Assembly (NCBI GenBank): GCA_002494765.1
Contig: DACJ01000072.1
Coordinates: 1-53,535 of the forward strand
Direction of reading: 5' to 3'
Origin: Euryarchaeota archaeon UBA186
GTDB taxonomy: Archaea > Thermoplasmatota > UBA186
Length of the DNA stretch: 53,535 nucleotides
Part shown: positions 10,249-19,748 of the stretch, piece by piece
How the letters are laid out: every line of letters begins with the position of its first letter
How positions within the stretch are numbered: the stretch's first letter is position 1
Notes under the pieces: model-generated
Told to the model about the DNA's origin: nothing
The model's database searches: none
What the model saw: the letters and a program-made list of their open reading frames with translations, nothing else
Position numbers and translations under genes: made by a program

Positions 10249-11385
10249 ATGAGAAAAGTGTGTATATCGGGGGTAGGGATAACCAAGTTTGGAGAGCTAT
10301 GGTCTAGATCCTATAGAGAGCTGATAGTGGAAGCTGGTCTGAGGGCTCTTGAGGACGCTGAGCTTCCAGGTGAGAGCATAGAATGCCTCTATATGGCATC
10401 CATGGGCCCTGGGATGTGGGTATCGCAAGAGCATGCGGGTCCGATGATAGCCGAACAAACAGGCTTAACTTCTATTCCCGTTGTCAGGGTAGAGAGCGGA
10501 TGTGCCTCCGGAGCTCTAGCGCTTCATCAGGCCTTCATCGACGTCGCTTCAGGAAAGCACGATATCGTGGTTGTGGGAGGAGTGGAGAAGATGACGGATG
10601 TGGGGGCCAAGGAGGCCGGCTCTATAATCAACACCATGCTCGACTATGAGTGGGAATCCATATTCGGAGCTACCCTGCCCGCACTCTACGCGATGATGGC
10701 TAGGAAGCACATGCATGACTATGGTACCACCAGGGAACAGATGGCGGAGGTAGCGGTTAAGAACCATTATAACGGCTCTCTTAATCCTATAGCCCATTTT
10801 GGAAGGAAGATAAGCGTTGACCAGGTGTTGTCATCTCCATTATTGGCCGATCCTTTGAGGATGCTTGATTGCGCTCCGATGTCGGATGGAAGTGCCGCTT
10901 TGGTCTTAACCTCAAAAGGGGATGTGGAGATAATCGCCTGTGAGATGGCCTCTAGCACATTGGCACTCCATTCGAGGGAGGATATTACAACTATGGATTG
11001 CGTGGTCGGGAGCTCAAAAAAGGCCTACAAAAGGGCGGGAATAAATCCAAGCGACGTGGATATAGCGGAGCTCCACGACTATTGTACCATAGGAGAGATC
11101 ATAGAGAGCGAGGATCTAGGATTCTTCGAGAAGGGAAAAGGTGGAAAAAAGGTCGCGGAAGGAGTGACGAGTTTGAATGGCTCATTGCCCATAAACACCT
11201 CTGGGGGGTTAAAATCCAGAGGGCATCCAATAGGTGCTACTGGAGTGGCTCAAGTGGCGGAGATCTACGATCAACTGATCGGAAGAGCTGGTGAGAGACA
11301 GATAGAACTTCTGGATTATGGATTGTGTTGTGGAGTCGGAGGGAGTGGAGGCAGCGCCGTGGTATCGATCTTCAGGAGGCGATGA
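10249..11385 (+). CDS. archaeal acetoacetyl-CoA thiolase
   Basis: 378 aa. Catalytic Cys in VESGCASGALAL, GHPIGATGVAQV, CCGVGGSGGSAVV. Confidence 0.85.
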   Translation: MRKVCISGVGITKFGELWSRSYRELIVEAGLRALEDAELPGESIECLYMASMGPGMWVSQEHAGPMIAEQTGLTSIPVVRVESGCASGALALHQAFIDVASGKHDIVVVGGVEKMTDVGAKEAGSIINTMLDYEWESIFGATLPALYAMMARKHMHDYGTTREQMAEVAVKNHYNGSLNPIAHFGRKISVDQVLSSPLLADPLRMLDCAPMSDGSAALVLTSKGDVEIIACEMASSTLALHSREDITTMDCVVGSSKKAYKRAGINPSDVDIAELHDYCTIGEIIESEDLGFFEKGKGGKKVAEGVTSLNGSLPINTSGGLKSRGHPIGATGVAQVAEIYDQLIGRAGERQIELLDYGLCCGVGGSGGSAVVSIFRRR

Positions 11386-11386
11386 G

Positions 11387-11827
11387 ATGGTAGGACCATC
11401 TAGAATATGGAGAGAAGCCCCGTCCAGGTATAGATTTTTGGGAAATAGATGCACAGTCTGCGAGGAAGTATACTTCCCCCCAAGACAGATCTGTCCGAAG
11501 TGCAGGAGAGCCTCAATAGGAAGGATGGAGCCAATACAGCTCAGTGGAAATGGCGAGGTGGTGACCTATACTGTTGTGTACGACCCAGCAGTGGGGCACG
11601 AGCTTTTGACGCCTTATATACTGGCTATAGTCAAGTTGGATGAGGGGCCCAGGGTAACGAGCCAGATCGTGGGGGCTGGTCTGAGCGAGATAATGATAGG
11701 AAGCAGGGTCAAAACGGTGCTGAGAAAACTCAGGGAGGAGAAGGGCGGAGGCGAGGATGGCGGTAGTGGCGATGGCAGTGGAGTGATCACCTATGGATAT
11801 AAGTTCGTTTTAGATGGGCAGAGTTAA
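11387..11827 (+). CDS. DUF35 zinc-ribbon/OB-fold protein (scaffold of the thiolase/HMGCS complex)
   Basis: Start moved to ATG 11387 (MVGPSRIWREAP), 1 nt after the thiolase stop. Zn ribbon CTVCEEVYFPPRQICPKCRR. Gly/Asp-rich insertion near the C-terminus. Confidence 0.8.
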   Translation: MVGPSRIWREAPSRYRFLGNRCTVCEEVYFPPRQICPKCRRASIGRMEPIQLSGNGEVVTYTVVYDPAVGHELLTPYILAIVKLDEGPRVTSQIVGAGLSEIMIGSRVKTVLRKLREEKGGGEDGGSGDGSGVITYGYKFVLDGQS

Positions 11828-11853
11828 ATTCGAAGAACGATAATGATTAAGCG

Positions 11854-12576
11854 ATGTTAGCCGAGATATTGATCCTGATAGTGGTCTCTTTTGCTGCACC
11901 AGTAATATACCTCGTGATTATAAGGAACAGTGAACGCTACGAAAGGGAGAAGTGGAGAGCACTATCCTCGGCCTTTCTGTGGGGTGCGATTCCAGCCGTT
12001 ATTCTTACCTCTATCCTGGAAACCCCTTTTTCGGGAGATGTTTTCATTTTGGTCGTGTTTGCTGCGCCGTTTATAGAGGAACTCACAAAGCCTCTGGGGG
12101 TAAACAGGGTCAGAAAGGAGATTAACGAGCTAGAGGACGGCATAATATTTGGAGTGGCGTGCGCCATGGGGTTCGCTGCAGTTGAAAACGTCCTCTATGT
12201 TGGTAGCTTTTGGATGGAGTATGGGGTGGGAGCGGCCATGTCGGAAGCGCTCTTGAGGTCCATATCAAGCGTTTTTCTCCACGCCTCGGCCACTGCGTTT
12301 ACCGGTTATGGTATAGCTAGAGCCCTTCTCATGAAAAAATCCATGTTGACTGTAGTACCTTACTACCTTCTAGCGGTCTTTCTACATGGTGGGTTCAACT
12401 TCTTGGCGTCTATCGGAATGGGTTTTCAGTACTTCGAGGAGCTTCGCGAGGTTTCCGCCGAGGAAGCGACTTTGGTTACGCTGTCGGCTATACTCCTGGC
12501 AATCGTTTGCTTCTCGGCGGTCTATGCTATGGTGAGGAGGCTTGAAGGCTCTCTGTCCCGGTCAAAGGAGCTCTAG
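11854..12576 (+). CDS. PrsW-family intramembrane metalloprotease
   Basis: 240 aa, multi-pass membrane protein with FIEELTKPLG (EExxK) and FLHGGFNF (HxxxN) motifs. Confidence 0.7.
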   Translation: MLAEILILIVVSFAAPVIYLVIIRNSERYEREKWRALSSAFLWGAIPAVILTSILETPFSGDVFILVVFAAPFIEELTKPLGVNRVRKEINELEDGIIFGVACAMGFAAVENVLYVGSFWMEYGVGAAMSEALLRSISSVFLHASATAFTGYGIARALLMKKSMLTVVPYYLLAVFLHGGFNFLASIGMGFQYFEELREVSAEEATLVTLSAILLAIVCFSAVYAMVRRLEGSLSRSKEL

Positions 12577-13338
12577 TTCTTTTCTCTCCGCAATTCTTCT
12601 TATCCACCTGGGAACGCTCTCCAGGAGGATGGAATCGGGCTCTGGGATGGTTTTGGCTATCATCTCATCTATTTTTTCCGATGTTATCTCTTCGGTTAGT
12701 TCCCGGTAGGCGTACCTCGGGAGCATATGACCGAACGCTATTTCCTTGGAGGCGAGATCGGTCTGCCCGGGGGCATAGTGTCCCCCTCCAATGGATATGG
12801 CAGTTTTTTCGTGGTCCCTGTCCCCATTTTTTAGAAGATGGGCAACTGCTCCAGCAACTGCTCTTCCCTTGTTCTTATCCACCCATTCCTTCTCAGAGCT
12901 GCCTATCTCGATGAAGAAGGAGGGAGTCTCTAGATAGGGCCCATGGTGCGTTACCTCGTAACTGGATCTATATCCAGATTCTAAAAGTTGACCAAGGGCG
13001 ATGAACATCTCATGAGCTGGAGCGGGTACCAGCTCTTCTCTCCCACCCAGCTCCGCCTTGGCGTAATTGCCTATGGGGTGGACGGTTAAGCACTCCATTC
13101 CAGTCTCGCTTCTGTGTCTTGAAGCAAAAATTACGATCTCAGGGTTTAATCCCATGTTCCTCATCTCCTCATCGATAAAATCGTGGTATATGTGCATGTC
13201 TTCTATGCTATAAATGAAGAAGTTCTGCCCCCTCCACAGGTTATCATCTTCTTTTTCTACCTCCACGATGTCGATTAAAGAATTAATGATGTTAACGCTC
13301 GCCTGATCTACGCTGGATCGTATGATGCAGATGGCCAT
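12562..13338 (-). CDS. dtdA: archaeal-type D-aminoacyl-tRNA deacylase (DTD2)
   Basis: Track ORF begins with GTG at 13353. The ATG at 13338 gives MAICIIRSSVDQASVNI, typical of DtdA N-termini. SRHRSETG, TVHPIGN, THHGP and EIGSSEKEW motifs. Confidence 0.75.
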   Translation of the reverse strand: MAICIIRSSVDQASVNIINSLIDIVEVEKEDDNLWRGQNFFIYSIEDMHIYHDFIDEEMRNMGLNPEIVIFASRHRSETGMECLTVHPIGNYAKAELGGREELVPAPAHEMFIALGQLLESGYRSSYEVTHHGPYLETPSFFIEIGSSEKEWVDKNKGRAVAGAVAHLLKNGDRDHEKTAISIGGGHYAPGQTDLASKEIAFGHMLPRYAYRELTEEITSEKIDEMIAKTIPEPDSILLESVPRWIRRIAERKELELL

Positions 13339-13392
13339 AGCACTGGATAACACTGATTGATTTATCTTTTTCCCTAGCGGCGTCTCCCCTAG

Positions 13393-13415
13393 ATCCGTTC
13401 AAACGTAGAACGGAT
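13393..13415. other. perfect 8-bp stem hairpin ATCCGTTC-aaacgta-GAACGGAT followed by TTTT (plus strand)
   Basis: Read directly. Lies in the 78-nt gap between the Bax1 stop and the dtdA start, both on the minus strand. Function unknown (terminator or RNA element). Confidence 0.25.
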
Positions 13416-13431
13416 TTTGTCCTGATCCATA

Positions 13432-14913
13432 TCAAGACTGGATCTCCCCACCTTCGAGCCCGTTCCATTTAACCTTCAAACCCAGCTCGTTGAGCACCAG
13501 ATCGGTGCTCAATCCATGGCCCTCTATCCTTTCTTTGGCCGTTTCGTAGCTCTTTCCCTTTACCTCGTCCTTGATCTCGCTCAAAAAGGAAGTGCTCACC
13601 AGTTTATCGCCCACGGCTCTATATCCTGTGATTTCTCTGGTTTTCTCCCTCATCGCGCCATCGCTCACGCCGTATCTGCCGGCCATCTCTCTCAAGCTGA
13701 CTATGTCATCTACAGGATTGATCTCCGCTGGAATCTTCCCCATCTCGCTTTCCATTCTCTTTTTTTCCTTCTCCCTCAGGATCTTTACAATGGACAGAAG
13801 ATCGACATCGCCCTTGAACTCAACCACCTCTGCCGTCTTTAACGTAAAGGGATGGGAACAGAGCATCTCACTATCGACCGCCATTATGATCTCCTCTCTC
13901 AGTAGGCTGAGCTTCTTCACTTTTTTCCGTATGTATTCCTCGGTCCAGAAGCCGGCTATTTCCAGATAGATCTCCATTCCATCTTTCTCGAACTTGAAAT
14001 CCGGTATGTATACCCATCTGCCAGCTATCAGCGGCTTCACCTCCCTTTTGACCTTCCACCCGGGGATCTGTGAGAATCTGTGATAAAACCTCTCTTCCAG
14101 AGAGCTGTCAAATTCCTGAGTTTTTGAAATTACTGGGAAAAACCTTCCGTGCGTGTCTTTATCCATCGCGAAATGGAGCACTCTTGGCCCATTTCTCCTT
14201 ACTACGACCTCGGCATCCATCCTCCATTTTTTTCCGTTGACTATGACGGGAAGAATTTTGGCCATGCTAGTGCCATACTTCTCAGTCAACTTGAGAAGGG
14301 ATACTGGTCCCTCAACCCTTACATGGAAATTTCCATCTTCTAGCTCAGCCTGGTATAGCAAACCGAAATACTTTATCGCCCTAAAAAGACTCTCATAGTT
14401 CCCCTCATACCATATGTCCATCCCTATGGATTTGAAGAGAAGCGTTTGCGCGAGCGAGAGATTATACTCGTTTAACAGTTCCTCCGCCCCTATGTCTGAG
14501 AGATCGCCTAGCACTAACTCGGAATCCCTATCCGCCCATAATGAGGCTTCCAGTTCCTGGAGCGTAAGATTGAGTCTGGAGGCGACAGAACTCAAAATTT
14601 TTTTTACATCTTTTCTATTCCCTTTGAATACTTCCTGGAATACTTCCCTTCTCGCCAGCAAAGGATCTATCACCGCTTTTAACTCAAGGGTACACCTCCT
14701 ATCCAGCAGGGCTCTCAATCCTCTCACGAATTTGAAGTTGAGGCATTCCTCCAGATCTGCGAGCTCCTCATCTATCTCACTGGCTTTTGCTCCGATCGAT
14801 CTTCGGTAGACGGATAAGATCTCTTCAACCATCTCCAGATCTTTTTTGTCTCTGAAGACGGGAGAGATCTTTCCTTTTCTTATCCTGGCCAATAGAAGAT
14901 CACTGGTCAACAT
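13432..14913 (-). CDS. bax1: Bax1 (DUF790) nuclease, XPB partner
   Basis: 493 aa. Overlaps the 3' end of XPB by 14 nt, which is the conserved archaeal XPB-Bax1 arrangement. Confidence 0.75.
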   Translation of the reverse strand: MLTSDLLLARIRKGKISPVFRDKKDLEMVEEILSVYRRSIGAKASEIDEELADLEECLNFKFVRGLRALLDRRCTLELKAVIDPLLARREVFQEVFKGNRKDVKKILSSVASRLNLTLQELEASLWADRDSELVLGDLSDIGAEELLNEYNLSLAQTLLFKSIGMDIWYEGNYESLFRAIKYFGLLYQAELEDGNFHVRVEGPVSLLKLTEKYGTSMAKILPVIVNGKKWRMDAEVVVRRNGPRVLHFAMDKDTHGRFFPVISKTQEFDSSLEERFYHRFSQIPGWKVKREVKPLIAGRWVYIPDFKFEKDGMEIYLEIAGFWTEEYIRKKVKKLSLLREEIIMAVDSEMLCSHPFTLKTAEVVEFKGDVDLLSIVKILREKEKKRMESEMGKIPAEINPVDDIVSLREMAGRYGVSDGAMREKTREITGYRAVGDKLVSTSFLSEIKDEVKGKSYETAKERIEGHGLSTDLVLNELGLKVKWNGLEGGEIQS

Positions 14914-16240
14914 CTCTGCTCCTCCTCCTGGATGTGGAGACCTCGCTCGTTTCTCTGGAGACTATCTCATATAGGATCGCGACTTTGTCCCCACTTTTCC
15001 TCAAGAGCCTGCCCAACCTCTGCCTGTATTCCCTTATCGAGCCGCTTCCTCCCAATATCGCTCCAACGCTCGCCTCAGGCACATCGACCCCTTCGTCCAG
15101 CACCTTTGAGGTCACAACTGCTCTATAATCCCCCTTTTTGAACTTGTCAAGTATGTCGACCCTCTCGTTCTTATCGGTCTTGTAGGTAATCGAGGGCAGT
15201 AAAAATTCTCGCGAAATCAGGTCAACCAGGCTGTTGTACTCGGTGAATATTATTATCCTTTCGCCCCAGTGTTCTTCGAGGAGCTTATCCAGAGCCTTTA
15301 GCTTAGAGTTCGAATTTATCGCTATCTTTCTAGCCCTATTCCTGGCGAGTAGAGCCTCTCTGGCCCCTTGATCATATCCGCTCATCCTGATGATCCTCTC
15401 GATATCTCTGGCGCTCCTGATGTAGATCCTTCTCTTTTTCAGGTAGTCCGTGAATATCTTTCTATTATTCTCATACTCCTCTCGCTCTTTTGAGGTTAAA
15501 TTCACGTAGATTCTTTTTGTCTCATACTCGGCCAAATGTTCGCCGCTCAACTCTTTGACCCCCAGCTCGTAAACCTTTCCTCCAACCAGCCTGTTCAAGT
15601 TCTCGTGTAAACCATCCTCCCTCTCATAGGTGGCGGTCAAACCCATCCTGTAAGGAGAGGCGAACAATTCAGCTATGTGGGAATACCCGGGAGAGGGGAG
15701 ATGGTGCACTTCGTCGAAAACGACAAAGGGAAATCTGTTGCCCAGTTCCTCCGCCCTTATATAGGCGGTATCATAAGTGGCTATCGTTATCGGTTGTAGA
15801 TTGTGCTCTTCACCGCTGTAGACCCCTGGGGTCAGGTTAAGCTTATCTGTTATTTCCTCAGACCACTGCCTCACCAGGTCAAGGGTCGGCACCACCACTA
15901 TGGTGGGCAAATTCAGCTGGGCGATCGCTTTCATCGCCAGTATGGTCTTCCCCGATCCCGTCGGTAGAACTATCACACCCTGTTTTGTCGCAAGCCAGTT
16001 ATTCAAAGCTTCGGACTGATAAACCCTTAGATTTAAATCGAAATTGAGTTGAGGCATGGGCAAGGGGTCCATTACTCTACTCTCATACTCCAGTCCCGAT
16101 CTTTCCAGATATTCGATTATGTCCTTATAGTTGAGTGGGAGTGCCCTGTAACATTTAGATGGTTCATCCCAGGTGGTGTGGGGAAGTTTGAATTCGCTCT
16201 TTATGTTTAATACGCCTCTTTCATACGTTATTAGGATCAA
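14900..16240 (-). CDS. xpb: XPB (ERCC3/Rad25-like) SF2 DNA helicase
   Basis: 446 aa. LPTGSGKT (motif I), FDEVHH (motif II) and LTATYEREDG (XPB RED motif). TTG start codon in the track. Confidence 0.85.
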   Translation of the reverse strand: MILITYERGVLNIKSEFKLPHTTWDEPSKCYRALPLNYKDIIEYLERSGLEYESRVMDPLPMPQLNFDLNLRVYQSEALNNWLATKQGVIVLPTGSGKTILAMKAIAQLNLPTIVVVPTLDLVRQWSEEITDKLNLTPGVYSGEEHNLQPITIATYDTAYIRAEELGNRFPFVVFDEVHHLPSPGYSHIAELFASPYRMGLTATYEREDGLHENLNRLVGGKVYELGVKELSGEHLAEYETKRIYVNLTSKEREEYENNRKIFTDYLKKRRIYIRSARDIERIIRMSGYDQGAREALLARNRARKIAINSNSKLKALDKLLEEHWGERIIIFTEYNSLVDLISREFLLPSITYKTDKNERVDILDKFKKGDYRAVVTSKVLDEGVDVPEASVGAILGGSGSIREYRQRLGRLLRKSGDKVAILYEIVSRETSEVSTSRRRSRDVDQ

Positions 16241-16326
16241 CCTGCCCGTATAGGATTAGAGGAATAAAAGATTTCTACTGAGTTTCTGACTTAGACTGGG
16301 TGTAACAGGTCTTAGATTTCGTCAGA

Positions 16327-17112
16327 TCAATAGGTATAGACCCTCCCATAGGGCCGCTTTGAAACGGGCAAAATCTTTATGAAATCCCCGTGAAGGATAT
16401 CCTTCTGGTCGATGCCCACATCGAAATGTTCGGTAAATTTGCCCACGCAGTCCTCCAGAATCTTTTTATCCTTCTCATTCAAACTGAACGTCCCCACCTC
16501 TTTCCCCAGCTGATGTTTTCCCACCTTGCCCTTTATGTAGATCACACCACCGTGCATCCCCGTGCCGATAAAGTTAGCACTGTGAGTAGCGTTGAGCCCG
16601 AGGAGAACTACGACGCCACCGGCCATGTACTCCCCCAGGAAGTCCTGTGCCGTACCCCCTATGACGAGCAGGGGTCTCTTGTTCAGGTACTCCTTCATGT
16701 GCACCGCCCCCCTGTATCCCACGCCATCGCGAATGAACACTTCCCCGCCGCGCATGGACATCCCAGTTATATCGCCGGCTCTTCCCTCCACCACTATTTC
16801 CCCATCATTCATCGTATTCCCAACACCATCCTGCGCGTTACCGTGTACTACTACCCTATGCCCGTCGAGGAAGGCTCCAAGATCGTTTCCTGGTGTGCCC
16901 CAGACCTCTATCTCTATCCTTGTACCGGGTTTAGATGAGTTTTGAGTCTGGGTAAGGGAGTAAAGGCGCGTGCCTATATATCTCTGGCCATAGACATTTC
17001 TTAAAAAGATCTTCTCAGCTCCGCTAAGTGCGCGATCCCTTATCAAACCATTGAGCTCTTTGTAAGTGAGCCCTGACGCATCAATTACCATCTCGTTTTC
17101 TTCTCTGAGCAT
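16327..17112 (-). CDS. gltB: glutamate synthase GXGXG (beta-helix) domain protein, archaeal split GltB part 3
   Basis: 261 aa with repeated G-x-G-x-G strands (VVHGNAQDGVGNTMNDGEIVVEGRAGD...). Lies 16 nt downstream of the FMN-domain gene. Confidence 0.8.
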   Translation of the reverse strand: MLREENEMVIDASGLTYKELNGLIRDRALSGAEKIFLRNVYGQRYIGTRLYSLTQTQNSSKPGTRIEIEVWGTPGNDLGAFLDGHRVVVHGNAQDGVGNTMNDGEIVVEGRAGDITGMSMRGGEVFIRDGVGYRGAVHMKEYLNKRPLLVIGGTAQDFLGEYMAGGVVVLLGLNATHSANFIGTGMHGGVIYIKGKVGKHQLGKEVGTFSLNEKDKKILEDCVGKFTEHFDVGIDQKDILHGDFIKILPVSKRPYGRVYTY

Positions 17113-17128
17113 ATCCTACCTTCTGAAG

Positions 17129-18673
17129 TCATTCTCCAGCGCCTTTGACGCCAAGAACTTCGAGTTCCCATTCCTGTAATCCAACTCCTCTGAGATGATC
17201 TCTGTTCCCCCTCAAACTCTCTATAGCGTTTATCCCCATCCCGCCAAGCATCTCTTTTATCTCCATGCTCCATGCTCGAAGCAGATTGGTGAGGCGGCGG
17301 GAGGCTATATCTGGATTTATCCGTTTTGCCAGGTAAGGGTCCTGTGTGCATATCCCCCAGTTGCATTTTCCCGTGTAGCATTTCTGACACAGGGTACAGC
17401 CCATGGCGATCAACGCCGCGGTACCGATATAAACGGCATCCGCCCCCAGAGCTATTGCCTTAACCACGTCGGCGCTGCATCTCATCCCCCCGGCAGCCAG
17501 GATAGAGCATCTGTTTCTTATCCCTTCCTCCCGGAGCCTCTCGTCAACAGACGAGATGGCAAGTTCTATCGGTATGCCAACATTGTCCCGTATCATTTTA
17601 GGTGCGGCGCCCGTTCCCCCTCTTAATCCATCCAACGCTATTATATCGGCACCCGCACGAACCATGCCGGATGCGATAGCTGCCGAATTGTGAACCGCTG
17701 CGATTTTAACGCTGACAGGTTTTTCGTAGTTGGTCGCCTCTTTTAATGCGTAGATAAGGGCTGAGAGATCTTCGATGGAATAGATATCGTGCTGGGGCGC
17801 GGGAGAGAGAGCATCAGTACCAGCTGGGATCATCCTCGTTTCGGCTATCAAGCAAGAAACTTTCTCGCCTGGAAGGTGCCCCCCTATTCCAGGCTTGGCT
17901 CCTTGCCCTATTTTTATCTCCACAGCAGCCGAACAGTTTAGGTACTCAAGATCCACTCCAAAACGGCCTGAGGCGCACTGCACGATCGCGTTTTTTCCAT
18001 ATTCTTTACGCAGATCCTTTGGCAGGCCCCCTTCGCCTGTGTTAAAAAGGGTCCCGTATTCAGAGGCCGCCATCGCGAGCGATTTGAATGCCTGGTAGCT
18101 TATCGCACCGTAAGAAAGAGCTGAGAAGAGGATTGGCGTTTTCACCATCACGTTTGGCGGCATCTCCGTGCTTATCCTGACCTCCCCATCATCCATGAGC
18201 TCTGCCTCCAGCATATCGGGTTTTCGCCCTAAGAAAGTCCTGAGCTCCATGGGCTCCCTCAGCGGGTCAATAGAAGGGTTCGTAACCTGCGAGGCGTTCA
18301 GTAGAAGATGCTCCCAATAGATGGGGTAGGGCCTATCGTTACCGCTCCCGGTGAGCAAAACGGCGCCGGTTTCCGCCTGCTTCGTTAGATCGCTTATCCT
18401 CTCTCCGGTCCAGCTATAGTTGGGCCTATATGCAGATTGATTAGGCTTTACGGTCAGAGCATTGGTGGGGCAGAAAACAGCGCATCTCTGACAGCCCACG
18501 CAGCTTTCTTCGTTCGAAAACATCCTGTCGAGCTCCTCGTCATAGCGATGCGTTTCGAATGCGCACTGCCTTTCGCAAACCTTGCACTTAATGCACCTAT
18601 CCTCATTCCTCTCGATTATGAACTCAGGCAAAAGGTATGACTTCATCCACTTTTTCTCCTCTTCCCCCTCCAT
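17129..18673 (-). CDS. gltB: glutamate synthase FMN/3Fe-4S domain with N-terminal 2x[4Fe-4S] ferredoxin module, archaeal split GltB part 2
   Basis: 514 aa. CIKCKVCERQC and CVGCQRCAVFCP, then QGAKPGIGGHLPGEKV and GGTGAAP motifs. The start is uncertain: 18673 or ATG 18646, and both overlap the upstream gene. Confidence 0.85.
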   Translation of the reverse strand: MEGEEEKKWMKSYLLPEFIIERNEDRCIKCKVCERQCAFETHRYDEELDRMFSNEESCVGCQRCAVFCPTNALTVKPNQSAYRPNYSWTGERISDLTKQAETGAVLLTGSGNDRPYPIYWEHLLLNASQVTNPSIDPLREPMELRTFLGRKPDMLEAELMDDGEVRISTEMPPNVMVKTPILFSALSYGAISYQAFKSLAMAASEYGTLFNTGEGGLPKDLRKEYGKNAIVQCASGRFGVDLEYLNCSAAVEIKIGQGAKPGIGGHLPGEKVSCLIAETRMIPAGTDALSPAPQHDIYSIEDLSALIYALKEATNYEKPVSVKIAAVHNSAAIASGMVRAGADIIALDGLRGGTGAAPKMIRDNVGIPIELAISSVDERLREEGIRNRCSILAAGGMRCSADVVKAIALGADAVYIGTAALIAMGCTLCQKCYTGKCNWGICTQDPYLAKRINPDIASRRLTNLLRAWSMEIKEMLGGMGINAIESLRGNRDHLRGVGLQEWELEVLGVKGAGE

Positions 18674-19748
18674 CTAGACTTACAACAATGGGCTCTCCGC
18701 CGTTAGGCGTCCATGCTCGATCCAGCTTTTTCGAAACCAGTCTTATAGCCGCTTCCTCCGAAGACAGATAGGTCATCTTTCCCCTGACTCCAGCGGTAAG
18801 GGGTCTCAATCTTATCCTATCCGTCAGGCCAATCATCTCGCCGTGATGCGCGATTATTACGGCAAAGGGCCCATTTATGAGTAGCGGCGCATATACCCTT
18901 CTCAACATGGCCAGGAGAATTTTTTTGCTCTCCTCTTCGCGCTCTATCGCCTCCCATACAGGCGGTGCAAAAATTTTCGCAACGACGTCCATCGGGAGGT
19001 TCTGCCTTCTCATCAGCAGATCCACAGCATATGCGATTACCTCCGAGTCCGTGTTCAGCGTGCAATGGTATCCAAACATCTCGAGATAGCGCCGGTTCGT
19101 ACCATAAGACGAAATCTCCCCGTTATGTGCAACAGTCCAGTCTAGAATACAAAAAGGATGAGCGCCGCCCCACCACCCCTGTGTGTTTGTCGGAAACCTT
19201 CCATGAGCGGTCCATATGTGCCCCCTGTAACTATCCAGCTGGAAGTACTCTGCCACGTCCTCAGGGTAACCTACGCCTTTGAAAACCCCCATGTTCTTTC
19301 CCGATGAGAATACATGTGCATTCTCTATCCTTAGGTTTATGTCCATCACCTTCTGCACGACGTAATCGTCATCTGAGAGAAGCTTATCTTTCCCTTTTTT
19401 GTCAGGTGCAACGAAGTAGCGCCACACCAATGGCGGATCCGGAACATTTGCCCTCTCACCGCTCGGCATCTCCTCGTCATGGACGACGTCAAAACTCCTG
19501 TTTAAAAGCGCATCGGTCTCCTTTTTAGCCCCCTCGTTTCCCCTAAACATTATGTGTAATGCATAATAATACTCGTACTCTGGGTAAAGGCCATAAATCG
19601 CAAACCCCCCGCCGAGTCCGTTCCCCCTCAAGTGCATATTCGCTATAGCCTTTATAACGCCCTCCCCGGTGAACCTCTCCCCCTCGATGTTCATCGCGCC
19701 GAAAATTGAACAGGCGCTTATCTCTTTCTCATACATTTTCCTTCTCAT
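18624..19748 (-). CDS. gltB: class-II (Ntn) glutamine amidotransferase domain, archaeal split GltB part 1
   Basis: 374 aa. SACSIFGAM (nucleophile Cys after a short leader), AHGRFPTNT and VAHNGEISSYGTNRR motifs. ATGA overlap with the upstream oxidoreductase gene. Confidence 0.8.
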   Translation of the reverse strand: MRRKMYEKEISACSIFGAMNIEGERFTGEGVIKAIANMHLRGNGLGGGFAIYGLYPEYEYYYALHIMFRGNEGAKKETDALLNRSFDVVHDEEMPSGERANVPDPPLVWRYFVAPDKKGKDKLLSDDDYVVQKVMDINLRIENAHVFSSGKNMGVFKGVGYPEDVAEYFQLDSYRGHIWTAHGRFPTNTQGWWGGAHPFCILDWTVAHNGEISSYGTNRRYLEMFGYHCTLNTDSEVIAYAVDLLMRRQNLPMDVVAKIFAPPVWEAIEREEESKKILLAMLRRVYAPLLINGPFAVIIAHHGEMIGLTDRIRLRPLTAGVRGKMTYLSSEEAAIRLVSKKLDRAWTPNGGEPIVVSLDGGGRGEKVDEVIPFA